From NCBI RefSeq assembly GCF_006345805.1, contig NC_043011.1:26176464-26240463 (forward strand): 64,000 bases of DNA, in the 5' to 3' direction. This document shows positions 12,407 to 23,885 of this stretch, piece after piece. The notes beneath the pieces were generated by a model, which saw only the letters and a list, made by a program, of their open reading frames with translations, ran no database searches and had not been told where the DNA came from. The translations under genes and the position numbers were made by a program. Each line of letters opens with the position of its first letter. The first letter of the stretch is position 1. The stretch is from Octopus sinensis. Taxonomy: Eukaryota.

Positions 12407-13264
12407 ATCTTGCCAATAATGCATGCAGGACTATCAAGCAAAATTGAGTGAAAGTTTAAATATAGAAAGAGCAGTTCTGCCACTTGTGAGCATACTTGTA
12501 ATGATTTCCAGATGTGGCCACTGTATTGGCAACCTGATTGAGTGAACAAACTTCTGTGAAGATTAAGTTGATAGAAAAGTTTTACCCATTTCAATGGAGA
12601 CATCGAAGAAAACTACTCCTCCTGTGTCAGATGTTCCCAAGAGTTTGATCTTTGTATTCTTTTTATCTGAAACAGAGAAATTCTTTTTGATGGACATTCT
12701 GCTCCAATTGTTGAATGTTGCTGGTTGCATGAAGAATCAAATGACTGAAAGTTGCATATGCTGTTCATATAGGAGCTGGCAGTCTATACTTTTCAAAATC
12801 CTATCCATCTATAGACTATACAATATTTTCAATTAGAATCAGTGTTTGATTGTACATGGCTGAAGTAAACCCCAGGTGTAGGTTTTTCTTTTTATTCTTG
12901 TGGTATGTGACACAATATGCCTTCTGTCATGCTGTTTTAGTCATTATGTCAAAGTTACTGAGGATTAGATCGTGAACAGCCACAAAAAATGTTAGCAAAG
13001 AAGAAAAGCAAATGTAGTTGAATAACACTGGGACAAAATTGGCAGATAGTGTAGTCATTCCAGCCAGGGCTGTCACTCACAAGGGGGTCACTACAATCAC
13101 GGCAGATGCTGTTCTGTCAAGGAAATTAATACAAGATTTTCCAGACACAGATCGATGGTCACACAAGAGTACTGGATACTTTCTCTGCAATATATATATA
13201 TATATAGGGAGAGAGACAGACAGACAAACAGAGACAGCCAGCCAGATAGATAGATACAAACAAG

Positions 13265-13650
13265 AGGTTGCTGAAAATTTCCTGATAGTAGAGCCCTGGA
13301 GACCATCGACAACATCAGATGGTACCATCACATTTACAACGTAGAGGTTCATGTGCACGCACATCAGCCCACAGCTTCCTGCCCCATGTGGTGGTATGGA
13401 CATGTCCTCAACCTACCATCAGATGATCATATCAGGGCCTTACTCTTATTTGACACAGCAGCTATGTGCTGGAAGAGGCCTGATAGTAAGTTCCACACTA
13501 CATGGTTGGATGTGATTAAGGGAGATCTTCAGGGGCTTGTTGTCATCTTGGAGAATGCAGAGGAACTGCTAGCAATGGGTTGTGGGGCATTGGTGGACCT
13601 GGTTGGCACTACCAATAGCCCTAGCCTCATTGAGCAAAAGCATGAGTGAG
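13265..13650 (+). mobile_element. 3' fragment of an RTE-like LINE
   Basis: WWYGHVLNLP...WKRP...TTWLDVIKGDL, typical of the RTE ORF C-terminus. Confidence 0.7.
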
Positions 13651-14402
13651 TGATGTGTGTGTGTGTAAATTCTTGATTCAATGATCAAAGGGGGAAGAAA
13701 TCGAAAGAGGACTCAATAAGAGTTAAAAATAACTGTAGACCAAAACAGTTACATTTTACAGATTTAATGTTTTAGCAACGTACCACAGGATCTAACAAAC
13801 CAGAGGATTGTATTGAGCTCCTGTGTCTGTTTTGGCATGGTTTCTACAGCTGGCTGCTCTTCCTAATGTTAACCACTTTACAGAATGCATTGGTTGGTGG
13901 TGATGGTTGGGGGTGGGGGTGGCATTAGCATTATTGAGTTTACCAAGTAACTGTCAGAGTAAGACAAGACCTCTTGATTGAGTGGGTTGCAGTACTGAGG
14001 GAGATGGCTTTATGCTGGATGTTGAGAAGCATAATGTATACTACAAGGATAGGAAGAGGTATTTTACTGTAGATATTTGGCTACTCCAGCTGGAAAGGGA
14101 GAAAAAATGGAGATGAGGGTTCACAGCACACCATCAAGTTACAAGAAGGTGGATAAAGAAAAAAAAAGCAGAAGAAGATCAAGGATTGAAGATTATGAGA
14201 GTGTAAAAGGAAAGTGACAGATGGTTAGAGGTGGCAATAGAAGTGAATGCAGTGATTGGTAAACACGTGTAAAGTTGTGGTTAATGGTGAATCTCAGTTT
14301 GGTAGGTAAGGTAAAGGGGAATAGGAATGGGTTAGGGAGTAAGTCAGAAGTGGCACTACATAAAGGAGAAGTGGAGAGCAACAGTTTAATAAAACTGTAG
14401 GC

Positions 14403-14707
14403 CAGTGTTTCCCAACTTATTTTCCTTCAGGCCCCACTATAACTTTCCAGAAAAATATATATCTCAATGGTGGTTAGAAAAAAACAACTTTATTTTTAAT
14501 ATTTTATCATAATTATTTGATACAAAAGAATCTACTGGTAACCCTTTTATTAAGTACTGAGTACAAAAAATAAGCACATTACCGACTAAGAAAAAACAGT
14601 GAATCACTTTAATGAGAACCTTGTGCCTGGCAACTATGGCACCATGCTCCACCACAATTTTCCCAGGCACTGCCGGTAGGGTGTATGCCTTACATTGGGG
14701 ATCACTA
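14403..14707. mobile_element. hAT (Charlie-like) MITE
   Basis: CAGTGTTTCCCAAC ... TTGGGGATCACTA termini; 8-bp TSD CTGTAGGC/TTGTAGAC. Confidence 0.7.
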
Positions 14708-15340
14708 TTGTAGACAGATGAAAAATAGGGAAATGATGTGAACTGTGGAGAGGGAAGAAAGAGATGCTTAATGACAGAGACAGAGGTTAAAGTTATGTAG
14801 GAACAAATATACTGAGTGACCAACAAAGGTGGAGATGAGGTTGCAATTTATATTCACAAATGTGTTTCTGTTATACTTAAAACTTTAGTTGTTTTTATAA
14901 CATACATGCATACACACATATTGCAACATATGTGCATACACACACAAATAACTGGTTTGAATGCTTAAACTCTATTAAAAGCATCCAGGGACCAGATGGC
15001 GATATGTTAAACAAGAAAATATGGTAGGTCTACCACTTTGTCTTGTACAAAGAAACTGCATTCATTGCAAAAATGCACATACAACATTGCATATATTGAA
15101 GAAACTGCACATGTTATTGATGCTTCACACACTGTAAAAAGCATATTAATCTATTTATGATTTGATGCTGGCACAGGCTGGATGGGTTGCTATGGTCTGT
15201 ATCATTTCTTATTGGGAGCTGTGCAGTTGCTCCCATAGACTGGTGCTAGATTCCAGCATTTGGCATCTGGATGTTTTCCCTATTGCTAGAATGCACTGAG
15301 TGCTTTTTTTGTCTCATGGCACCATAACAAGAGAGATTGA

Positions 15341-15505
15341 ATAATTTTTGACAAGACCTAAAGTTACCTCACAACCTATATTTTCTCTGCTGATGTGCCA
15401 ACGACTTTACATTGAATATTAGATGCACATTCTAAAGTAATCGGCACATTAGCAGAGAAAGTGTAGTGTTGTGAAGTTTCTTTGCCAGCTTATTGTAAAA
15501 AATTA
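15341..15505. repeat. Imperfect fold-back inverted repeat
   Basis: TCACAACCTATATTTTCTCTGCTGATGTGCC pairs with GGCACATTAGCAGAGAAAGTGTAGTGTTGTGA. Confidence 0.75.
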
Positions 15506-15899
15506 TATACATAGTAGAAGCTAAAGGCATTATAGAAATATACCTACTTATGCAACTTTGATTGCACATACTATAAAACTTGCCAGTGTTGGGGGAATGC
15601 ACATATAGAAGAACTCATATTGTTGAAACAGAATTACTTTGTAAAACAGTACGCATTTTCAGAAATGTACATATTCTGGTTTACTAGAGAGGAAACATTG
15701 TAGAAAGTGTTTGTGTTGCAAATAATCCAGAAAATATATATGTTGTAGAAAATGCACATATTGCAGAGAATATACTCTTATTGAGTCGTCTTTGGATTTC
15801 TTCCTCCTTTGATCATTGGTTCAAGAATTCCAGAATTTACACAAATTATATATATTGCAGAAATTATATGTATATATTGTGGAAAAGAACCTACAACAA

Positions 15900-16629
15900 T
15901 TGCCCACCCATGTGCCTCCACATGTATCGTCTGCTTCAAGCAATTTCCAAGACTTGTCGGTTAGTTCCCCTTGCTGTACGTGATTTTCGCGAGATTTTCC
16001 GCCATATTTCTCCTACCTTGAAGCTGAAGCTACAAAACGGCTATCCATTATTATTTTGGCGTTAACGCCTTAAAGAAACCTCATACACAAATATAGGATT
16101 TTCACCATTAGCGAACATCGTATTTTTTCCTTTGTGTGAAAGATCCGTATCCAGTAAGTGGAAGTGTAGCTGTGAGTCGGAAGAAAGGGACTGCTAGAAA
16201 CAGCAAAATAAGGCAAAGGGGTCGGTGTTTAAAGAAAAGGCGCACCTCATGCCAGTTAAGTCACAAAAATTACTTATAAAACAGCAACTGTGTATTCAAT
16301 TTACTCTCTACATACACCCGAATATATAATATACAGTATATATATCACACAGATTGAAACCAACACAGCAACGCTCTAAGCTTTATCGACGGAACAAATG
16401 TCGCAGCGATACCAGAATCACCAGTATTATTATTATTGTTGGTAATATTTTTTGACTACTTCACCATCTCTTGCCATTTAGCGTGTTGAAGGAAAAAAAA
16501 AAAAAAAAGACGTCGGGGAAGCCATCCATCCAGTAGTCGGATTCCCTAAAGTGCGAAAGGGACTGCAAGACCCCAGATTTTTATTCAAAGGAGGGCCCAG
16601 GTCATTTTTGGCCGAAGAAATCGGAATGC
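15900..16629. promoter_or_regulatory. CpG-rich promoter/5'UTR region of the cullin-4 gene, possibly bidirectional
   Basis: Repeat-free and CpG-rich, directly upstream of exon 1; TTTCGCGAGA at 15985-15994, YY1-like CCGCCATATT at 15999-16008, TATAAAA at 16275-16281. Confidence 0.6.
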
Positions 16630-18418
16630 ATGCCTCTCTCAAGCGTTAATAAGTTCGCTTCTGAGGATAGCAACACTACTACCAATAACACTACCACCAG
16701 CACCACCACCACCAATAATAGTAATAATAGCAACAATAATAATCACCAGAGCCGGTCGAGCGAGGAGAATACGAACCACCGCAAGCGTCGTTTAAGTGGC
16801 TCAATAGTTGCAGTGAGTAGTACAGTCGGAGTATCATCTGAGAGTAACAGTATTGGCGTTAGTAGTAGTAGTGGTACGTTGAGTAATACCAGCTCCAGTG
16901 ATACAGCGACAGGACCTACAACATCAGCATCAGTAATATTGTCGACTACTACAACAGCAGCGGTAGAAATAAGTTCAGACAGTGGCTGTTCCAGTTGGTC
17001 GAGACCATTAAATAGTACCGCCACTACTCCACCACCATCATCATCATCATCATCGTCAACATTAGTAGACTCTACTTCCGACTCTTACCAGCGTCCGTCT
17101 TCTCCGTCGAATCATAAGAAAATCAAAGTGTCCATTAGTCCCACGGCGGGATTGGCATTTGACCTGGACAGTACAAGCCAACACAACAAAAACAACAACA
17201 ACACAGTAATAACAACGACAACAACAACAGCAGCCACAGTACCACTGCCATCACCAGCAATAGCAGCTACTGACTATAATACTGCCAACGACACTAACAC
17301 CAACATTAGTGATAGTAGTGTTGTGAGTGTCAACCACTCCAGTGGTGGAGATAACAGTGCAGAAGGTGCAAGAACAACAACAACAACAGCAGCATCATCG
17401 GGAGTAAGTGAAGAAACAGAACATACTGGAAGTGGTCAGGGTGGAGGTGCCAGCTCTGGGACTGACAGCTCTTGCTCCTCAGTCGAACCATCCACCACCA
17501 TCTCAACTGTCATTGCTACAACATCAACAACAACAACAGCAGCAACAACTAAAGTTGAAAGTGTGTCGGCAGTGGCGTCGTCGTCGACAACAACAACAAC
17601 AACAGCCAAAAGCGGAGAGGTCAGTGGCCCCAACAGCACCGCCGCCGCCACCACCACTACCACTTCTCCTACTACTACCACCACCACCACTAACAGTACT
17701 AACGGCATCAGACCGACTGTTGTGACTAGCAAAGTGAATTCGCAAACCTTCAACAACAAAGCAAGTGACGACCAGGACCTAAACCTCAGCACTGCCACCA
17801 ATACCATAACCACTGCTACTACCACTTCCACCCTCACTCCTACCACCACTTCTGCCAGTTGTACAGGTACCTCAACCAGTACAACAACCACAACTACTAG
17901 TAACTATACAACTAAGACTTTCACTGCTCCGTCTACTTCGAGGGACAAAAGTGGGCAAAATATAGAAGGTCCTAGCAGCAGCAGTGGTGGTGGTGGTGGT
18001 GACAGCGGCGGCGCTGGCAGCAGCAGAGGTGGTAGTGGTGGACGTAAGGAAGAGAAAGAAGACGACGACGACGACCGCAACCACAATCATCATAAACAAG
18101 AAGAAAAAGAAGAAGAAAGTAAAAGAAAAGGAGAGAGGAGAGAAGAAGGAGAAAGAGACAGAGGTGAGGGAGGAGGAGGAGTAGACGCAGCAGCATCAAC
18201 AGCAACACCAGTAGCAGCAGCAGCGGCTGTAGACGAAGTGGTAGAGAGAGAAAAAGAAGGTGATAGAGGAGTGAGAACAATGACCGAGTCTGAGAGGAGA
18301 CCTAACTTCTCCGCTCTGACCAACTCCAGCAATGGTATCAGCAGACACCATGCTTCACCCCTCAACGCCGCCAACAGACCCGCCGCCGCCAAAAAATTGG
18401 TCATCAAAAATTTCAAAG
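16630..18418 (+). CDS. CUL4: Cullin-4 coding exon 1 (long low-complexity N-terminus ending ...AAAKKLVIKNFK); start codon uncertain (16630 or 18280)
   Basis: KKLVIKNFK is the conserved CUL4 N-terminal motif; donor AAG|GTGAGG at 18419, phase 1; 596 stop-free codons. Confidence 0.85.
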
Positions 18419-19832
18419 GTGAGGGACCAATCTCTTCTGCTTGTTTGTTTGTTTGTCCGTCTGTATGTATGTATGTTTGTCTGTCGGGTGGATGCACCCT
18501 CATGTTTTCGGGTAGTCCAGTCATAGTACAGGAATACTTTTTTTTGTTAGACTGACAAATCAAAATAATAATAAAAAGAATGGTTTTTAACAAAAAACTC
18601 GAGAGCATAAAATACTCCAGAGTGTAGAACACACTCGATGAAATCGATCCCGATTATTCGACTGGTACTCATCATTTTATCGAGTCTGGAAAGAATGAAT
18701 TGCGAATTCGATTCAGGCAGTATTTGAACTCTCAGTATAAAGCGACAACTACATTGAAGTCTTTAATTTTGTTCGACGCTCTACTAATACTGCTATTCAA
18801 AGAAAAAAACAACAAACAAACAAACTAATATCTAAGGTTATTATATAGTATTTTATGCACTTATTGATAACTGCATTGGTGATTACATGGACCTGGATGC
18901 ATCACTGGTACACTTGTACTTAATCGATCCCGGAAGCAGGAAAAGACGAAGTTGTCGACCCCTTCCCTTTTTTTAGTAATTATAATAGATACGTATGTAT
19001 TATAGATACATATATATATATGCAACTCTTTACGTATTATATGTACGTATATTTGCAACTATATATGTGCGTGTGTATTACATGTAAATACATGTAACTA
19101 TATGTTTGTGTATATATACACATATGTTTCAAGTGTGTGTATATATCTGGCAGATGTGTGTTCTATATGTTCCATAGAAATTCTTTTGAATATTATCTTT
19201 CCTCGAATATGTCTCTTGTCATGACTATGTATATAGATACACACACACACTTATGAAGCATATAGTTATATAATTATTGGCGTGTCTGTGGATAAACTTC
19301 CCTAAAAATGATTTTGTTTTGTTTTGTTTTAAATTTCTCGAAATATGAACAGGTCAACGCGGGAGAGCCTTTACGTTCTCTATCTCAACCTTCTAGAAAT
19401 AGTTGTTAGATCTCTCTCAAATATTGCACTTCTACTGGGAGAACAACACATTGGATATTGTAGTTCTAAATATGTAATATCCAAGAGAAAGACACGATTG
19501 TCATGGCCTTCGATCATCAGTCTGTTCAGTTTAGGCTGGGTGAATGGGTAGCAGAACAACATAAATCTTTCCCAAACATTTGTTTTTCTTTATATGCATA
19601 TGTACACACACACACACACATTTTCTATTGTGGTGTGACCAAGGATTCAACGCCCAACGTCTGATACTTTATTTAGTGTTCTTTCATTCACTGGCTATTT
19701 TATTATGTCCAATACCCATGTTCTTACCTCGCGGTACTTATAATATTAAAAAGGAAACGGGATGAATGCCTCACTTCACATTCTCCATAATAAAAATATA
19801 ATTTCGTACTTCACTTTTGATGGCCGTCATTG

Positions 19833-19863
19833 TGATGCATTGTGGGTATTTAAAGATGGCAGC
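19833..19863. promoter_or_regulatory. Adjacent ZNF143/Staf-like and YY1-like sites in intron 1
   Basis: Reverse complement TACCCACAATGCATCA at 19833-19848, then AAGATGGCAGC at 19853-19863. Confidence 0.5.
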
Positions 19864-20768
19864 GCACACAGCCTTACATGTGTTCAATGGGTGTATTGTC
19901 ATTTGCACAAAACATTTACGGGTATTCGCTGATATGCTTATACATAGCTAATGGTTTAGGGCCTTTTTTTCCTCTGTTAAGTGAGTCGACTTATCTAGTG
20001 ATAAGTCGATATTACTGCTTGCCTCGTGTGTTTATGAAACCAAATACGGGTGTGAATAGATTTATATATTTATACACATACAAAGGCTAATGTTTGTCTA
20101 CGCAGGATAATTACCATTCGTTTAGAACTAATAAAATTCTGAACTTCGACTTTAATCCCATATATATATTATTATTATTATTATTATTTCGTCCTTAGGT
20201 AACGATTTAGTAAGAATGACATACTTGTTTGGTGGCAGGTACGTCATTCTTCTCTACGTTCTGAGTTCAAATTCCTAGCTGAACTCTGCGGTCGATGTAG
20301 TCGACTTATAATAATAATCGACAGAAGTTATAGAGTGATTCTAGACTCGATAGTTTCCTGCATGGCATTTATCAGACGAAGTGCTGATGCACAAATCTTT
20401 GGAAGGCCCCTGAGTTACTCTAACTTCTGCCGAGTAATAATAATAAAAATATATATGCTCATGTTTTGAATTCTACTTTCTTGTTTGTGTCATCAAGCCT
20501 GTGTATGTGTTGAATTTACTCAATAGAAGTCTTTAAAAAAAGCATGACCCTCGTTTCTACTTTAACTTTCCCGTAAATCTGAAACTTCATATATGTTGTC
20601 TTTTGTTTTGTTTATTATATACATGTTATTTTTGTTTAGTTATTTTCTCTTTTAACATTATTTCGACCGATGGTTGCACGATTCACAAGCTGCTTAAAAA
20701 AACAAAAAACAATTAAATACGAGTTCACAAACTAGTATTTAATCTTTTCAGACGATGATGCCCGATTA

Positions 20769-23481
20769 CAGGAATCTCTCGCTTTACGGAAGTAATGCAT
20801 TCCCGAAAGTCTGGCCGTATTGCGAAATTAATTTTTCTATTGATTTTCATATTAAGTGATATTACGTTCCCACCAAAAGAAAAAAAAAAAAGCTCAAGAA
20901 AACAACAGAGAACAAAAAGCACAATCACCTTCATACATGAAAATAACTTTCTAAGCAGATACGATACAATATATATACATAAAATAGAAAACATTTCAAG
21001 AGGAAGAAGGGAATTAATAAGAATCGTAATATCATTAGATACGCTCTTACCACAGTAGATGTTGACTACTCTGTGAATAGTGGTGGTGGAATTAGCGTTA
21101 ATAGGATGATGAGGGACAATATTTACTATCTTCATAGTTCATTTATCTTGAACATCATCTTTAGGGGTGACTCGCTTATCCAAAGAGGTTTTTGTTGTTT
21201 GTGACACATCATCTCTTTGTACAACTCCGTATAAGAACTGAGCTCATTATAAACTCTTTTAATTTGTATGTTATGTTTATAATTAGGATCATTATCAACA
21301 AAAACCTGCAGACCTTTAGCAATAATTTTTGTAGCCAATTTAAGTGGTGATGTTGGAACTTCCATTGTCTCGTCCGTATTCTCAACTTGTTCACTTTCTA
21401 ACTGCATCAACTCCTCATTAGATAAACTTTCTGGGATACTAACAACTCGGTCACATCATCTCCATCCTTTTGCAAGTGTCACAATCTCTTTCTGAATTTG
21501 ATGCAGACTCTCCGCCTGAGAACTTGTAATGTTATGGATATAACCTGGCCTTAAATTTTTCCGAGCATTATTCAAAGTTGAAGGTTTCACTTCATCCCAT
21601 GACTCTGCTCTATTATCCACAGCATCCATTGTGTTGAATTTCTTTCAGAAATCTTTAACTGTAAGTTTATCCTCCTTGTCATTTGCTCTCATAAGTTGCT
21701 TGAAAGTTCTTCTCATATAATATGTCTTGAAGTTGGTTATCACACTTTGATCCATTGGCTGGAGCAAAAGAGTATTCTTGGGGATATATTCTACTCTCAC
21801 ATTATCAGAAAGGTCATCTAAATTTGCTGGGTGATTTAGTGCACTGTCTAAAAGCAATTCTTTGTTGGAAATATTGTCTGGCACTGTTCCTTTTTATGGC
21901 AGGATGAGAAACGTTTGTGAAGTACTCTTTGAAAGCTCTTAGTCATCCCTATTTTTTTATTTGAATGTCAAATCAGAGGTAGATTAAACTTGGTGTAACC
22001 TTTAAAAGCCCTTAAATTTTCAGAGTGATGAACTTGTAAGGGCTCTAATTTCATATCACTCACTGGTGGCATTTCCTTCCCCAAAATGTGTCAGATGATT
22101 TTTGGAAGTTTTAAGTCCTGGTGTTGATTTTCCTTCTTGAGAAATAAAAGTTCCAGCAGGCATGCGCTTCCATCAACTAGTATTCTTGCTCTGGTGTGTA
22201 GCCCCCTTCTGCAATCATCTTCTTCAGCTGCTCAGGATAATTAGTTGCAGCCTCTGTATCAGTGCTTGTAGTTTCACAAGTCATGTTTGTTGTGCAAATT
22301 CATTCTCTTTTTAAACCTTTCAAATCAGCCTTTACTAGCCAAAAAAGGGTTTTCCATAGAATTTTACCTTCCTTTTTCTGCAAATTGTCATATAAACATT
22401 TTACTTTATTTTAAAAAAATTACCATTGTGTTTATTGGCACATTATGTCAATTATGATCCTCGATCCATTCAATCAAAAGTCAGTGCATTTGTAGCATTA
22501 TATTAGATCTGTGGAAAAATAAGGTCCAGACAGTTAATGGAGTAGCTTCTTGAGCACTTGACATAATTTTCTCCATATTGTCATATATTGTTCCTACTGT
22601 AGATGTTGCAAGATTTGATTATTTAGGTAACATAACTTGGTTTTACTTTCCTATCAAGTCTTTTTAAAACATCAGGTTTAATATCCAGTGGAACTCTTTT
22701 ACAGCAAAAAAAAAAAAAAAACATCCTGTAAAGATCTGATTTGTGAGAGCTGAAAATTGTTTTATTTTATTGCTGAAATAAAGAAAATGTGATGAAAAGA
22801 TAAATGATTACAGTTAACTGAAGGGTCACCCAATTTTATAAGCAATTTGCTCCTTGCACTGCTGACTTAAAACATAAATGCATACACTCATGTTTTCATA
22901 CATGCTAATATCTTTTGTAGCTAGTGGAGTCAAAAGTCGGTGGGTTGATAGTGGGGATGATGTGGGTTGCATTGATTTAGATGTTAGTGATACTGGGTAT
23001 TATTGGTGTTGTAGTAGTATATTTCTTACTAATTGTATTGTTGTGGCTGTTTAGTCTCAAATTAAGCCTCTTAGACCAAAGATCAAAGACCTCTCATTCA
23101 ACTTTGAAAATACACAAGGATATCTCATGTTTATATTTGAAATGGATTTGCTTATCAATTTCATACTATACATTATTGTTGGTGGTTGTGTTGACAGAAA
23201 CACATATACACACACATACCCATTCATATATATGCAAACACATACTCACATTATGTATATTTTATATACATCTATGTGTGTAACGTGATGATAGTTTTTC
23301 AAATCATTAACTGTATACTAAAGTGCAAGCTGCCATTGCACTAAGAAGAAAGTGTAGTTTTTAAAATTTAAAACTATACAAGTCTCCATTAGAGCAAAAT
23401 TACAGGCCGTTTCCTGAAATAATGGTCATAATTTACAATTTCTGTTAGCATAAGAGGTGGCCGTAACATGGGGTATGCCTG
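20769..23481 (-). mobile_element. Degenerate full-length Tigger/pogo DNA transposon
   Basis: TA|CAGGAATCTCTCGCTTTACGG ... CCGTAACATGGGGTATGCCTG|TA (TIRs plus TA TSD); minus-strand FLASKG*FERFKKR (CENP-B HTH) and LLLDSALNHP...PKNTLLLQPMDQSVITNFKTYY (DDE_1). Confidence 0.9.
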
Positions 23482-23885
23482 TATATGGTCTCATAATGCA
23501 GAATTTCTTTTCATGACCCTCCTGAGACTGCTTCTGATTCTGAGATACATGACTAGTTTTAGAGAGTTCATATTAACCAGTTTTACATATGAACCCTTTA
23601 CATTGTTCTAAACCTGGGCATAATATTAAAAACAAAGTTATTTTACTAAATTTTTCTATATTTTTTGTTTTCAAGACAGTGTATATATACACACACACGC
23701 ATCATTAAAAATATGTACAGGAGTGTTTGATAATACAGTGATACAATCTGCAAATATTCCTCTGACATTGACTTCAGTATATGATCACCATCAACAGAAA
23801 TACTTTCTGTTGGGTCCATCTTTAGGTGTACACATTCTTGAATATTTTATGAATGAAATGGAGCTTCCACCTTGATCAAAATATT

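Larger units (their letters stand above)
11190..13180 (-). mobile_element. Fossil Helitron RepHel fragment (PIF1-like helicase), interrupted by two SINEs
   Basis: Minus-strand translation across stops/frameshifts: YNQTLILIE...KYRLPAP; GGVVFFD...MGKTFL (Walker A); VATSG...GRTALSIFKL; WDECT (Walker B); LFSGDFRQTLPV; LHLSANMRV; CAILALK; LQLKIGILIMIL. Confidence 0.85.

Noticed and set aside
18419-18555. C-terminal 45 aa of the 641-aa ORF
   Set aside because: Read-through past the GTGAGG donor into intron 1; CUL4 similarity continues at 43380
16743-18632. Overlapping alternative-frame and antisense ORFs in exon 1 (poly-Q, poly-V, poly-C)
   Set aside because: Expected by-products of trinucleotide repeats in a GC-richer exon
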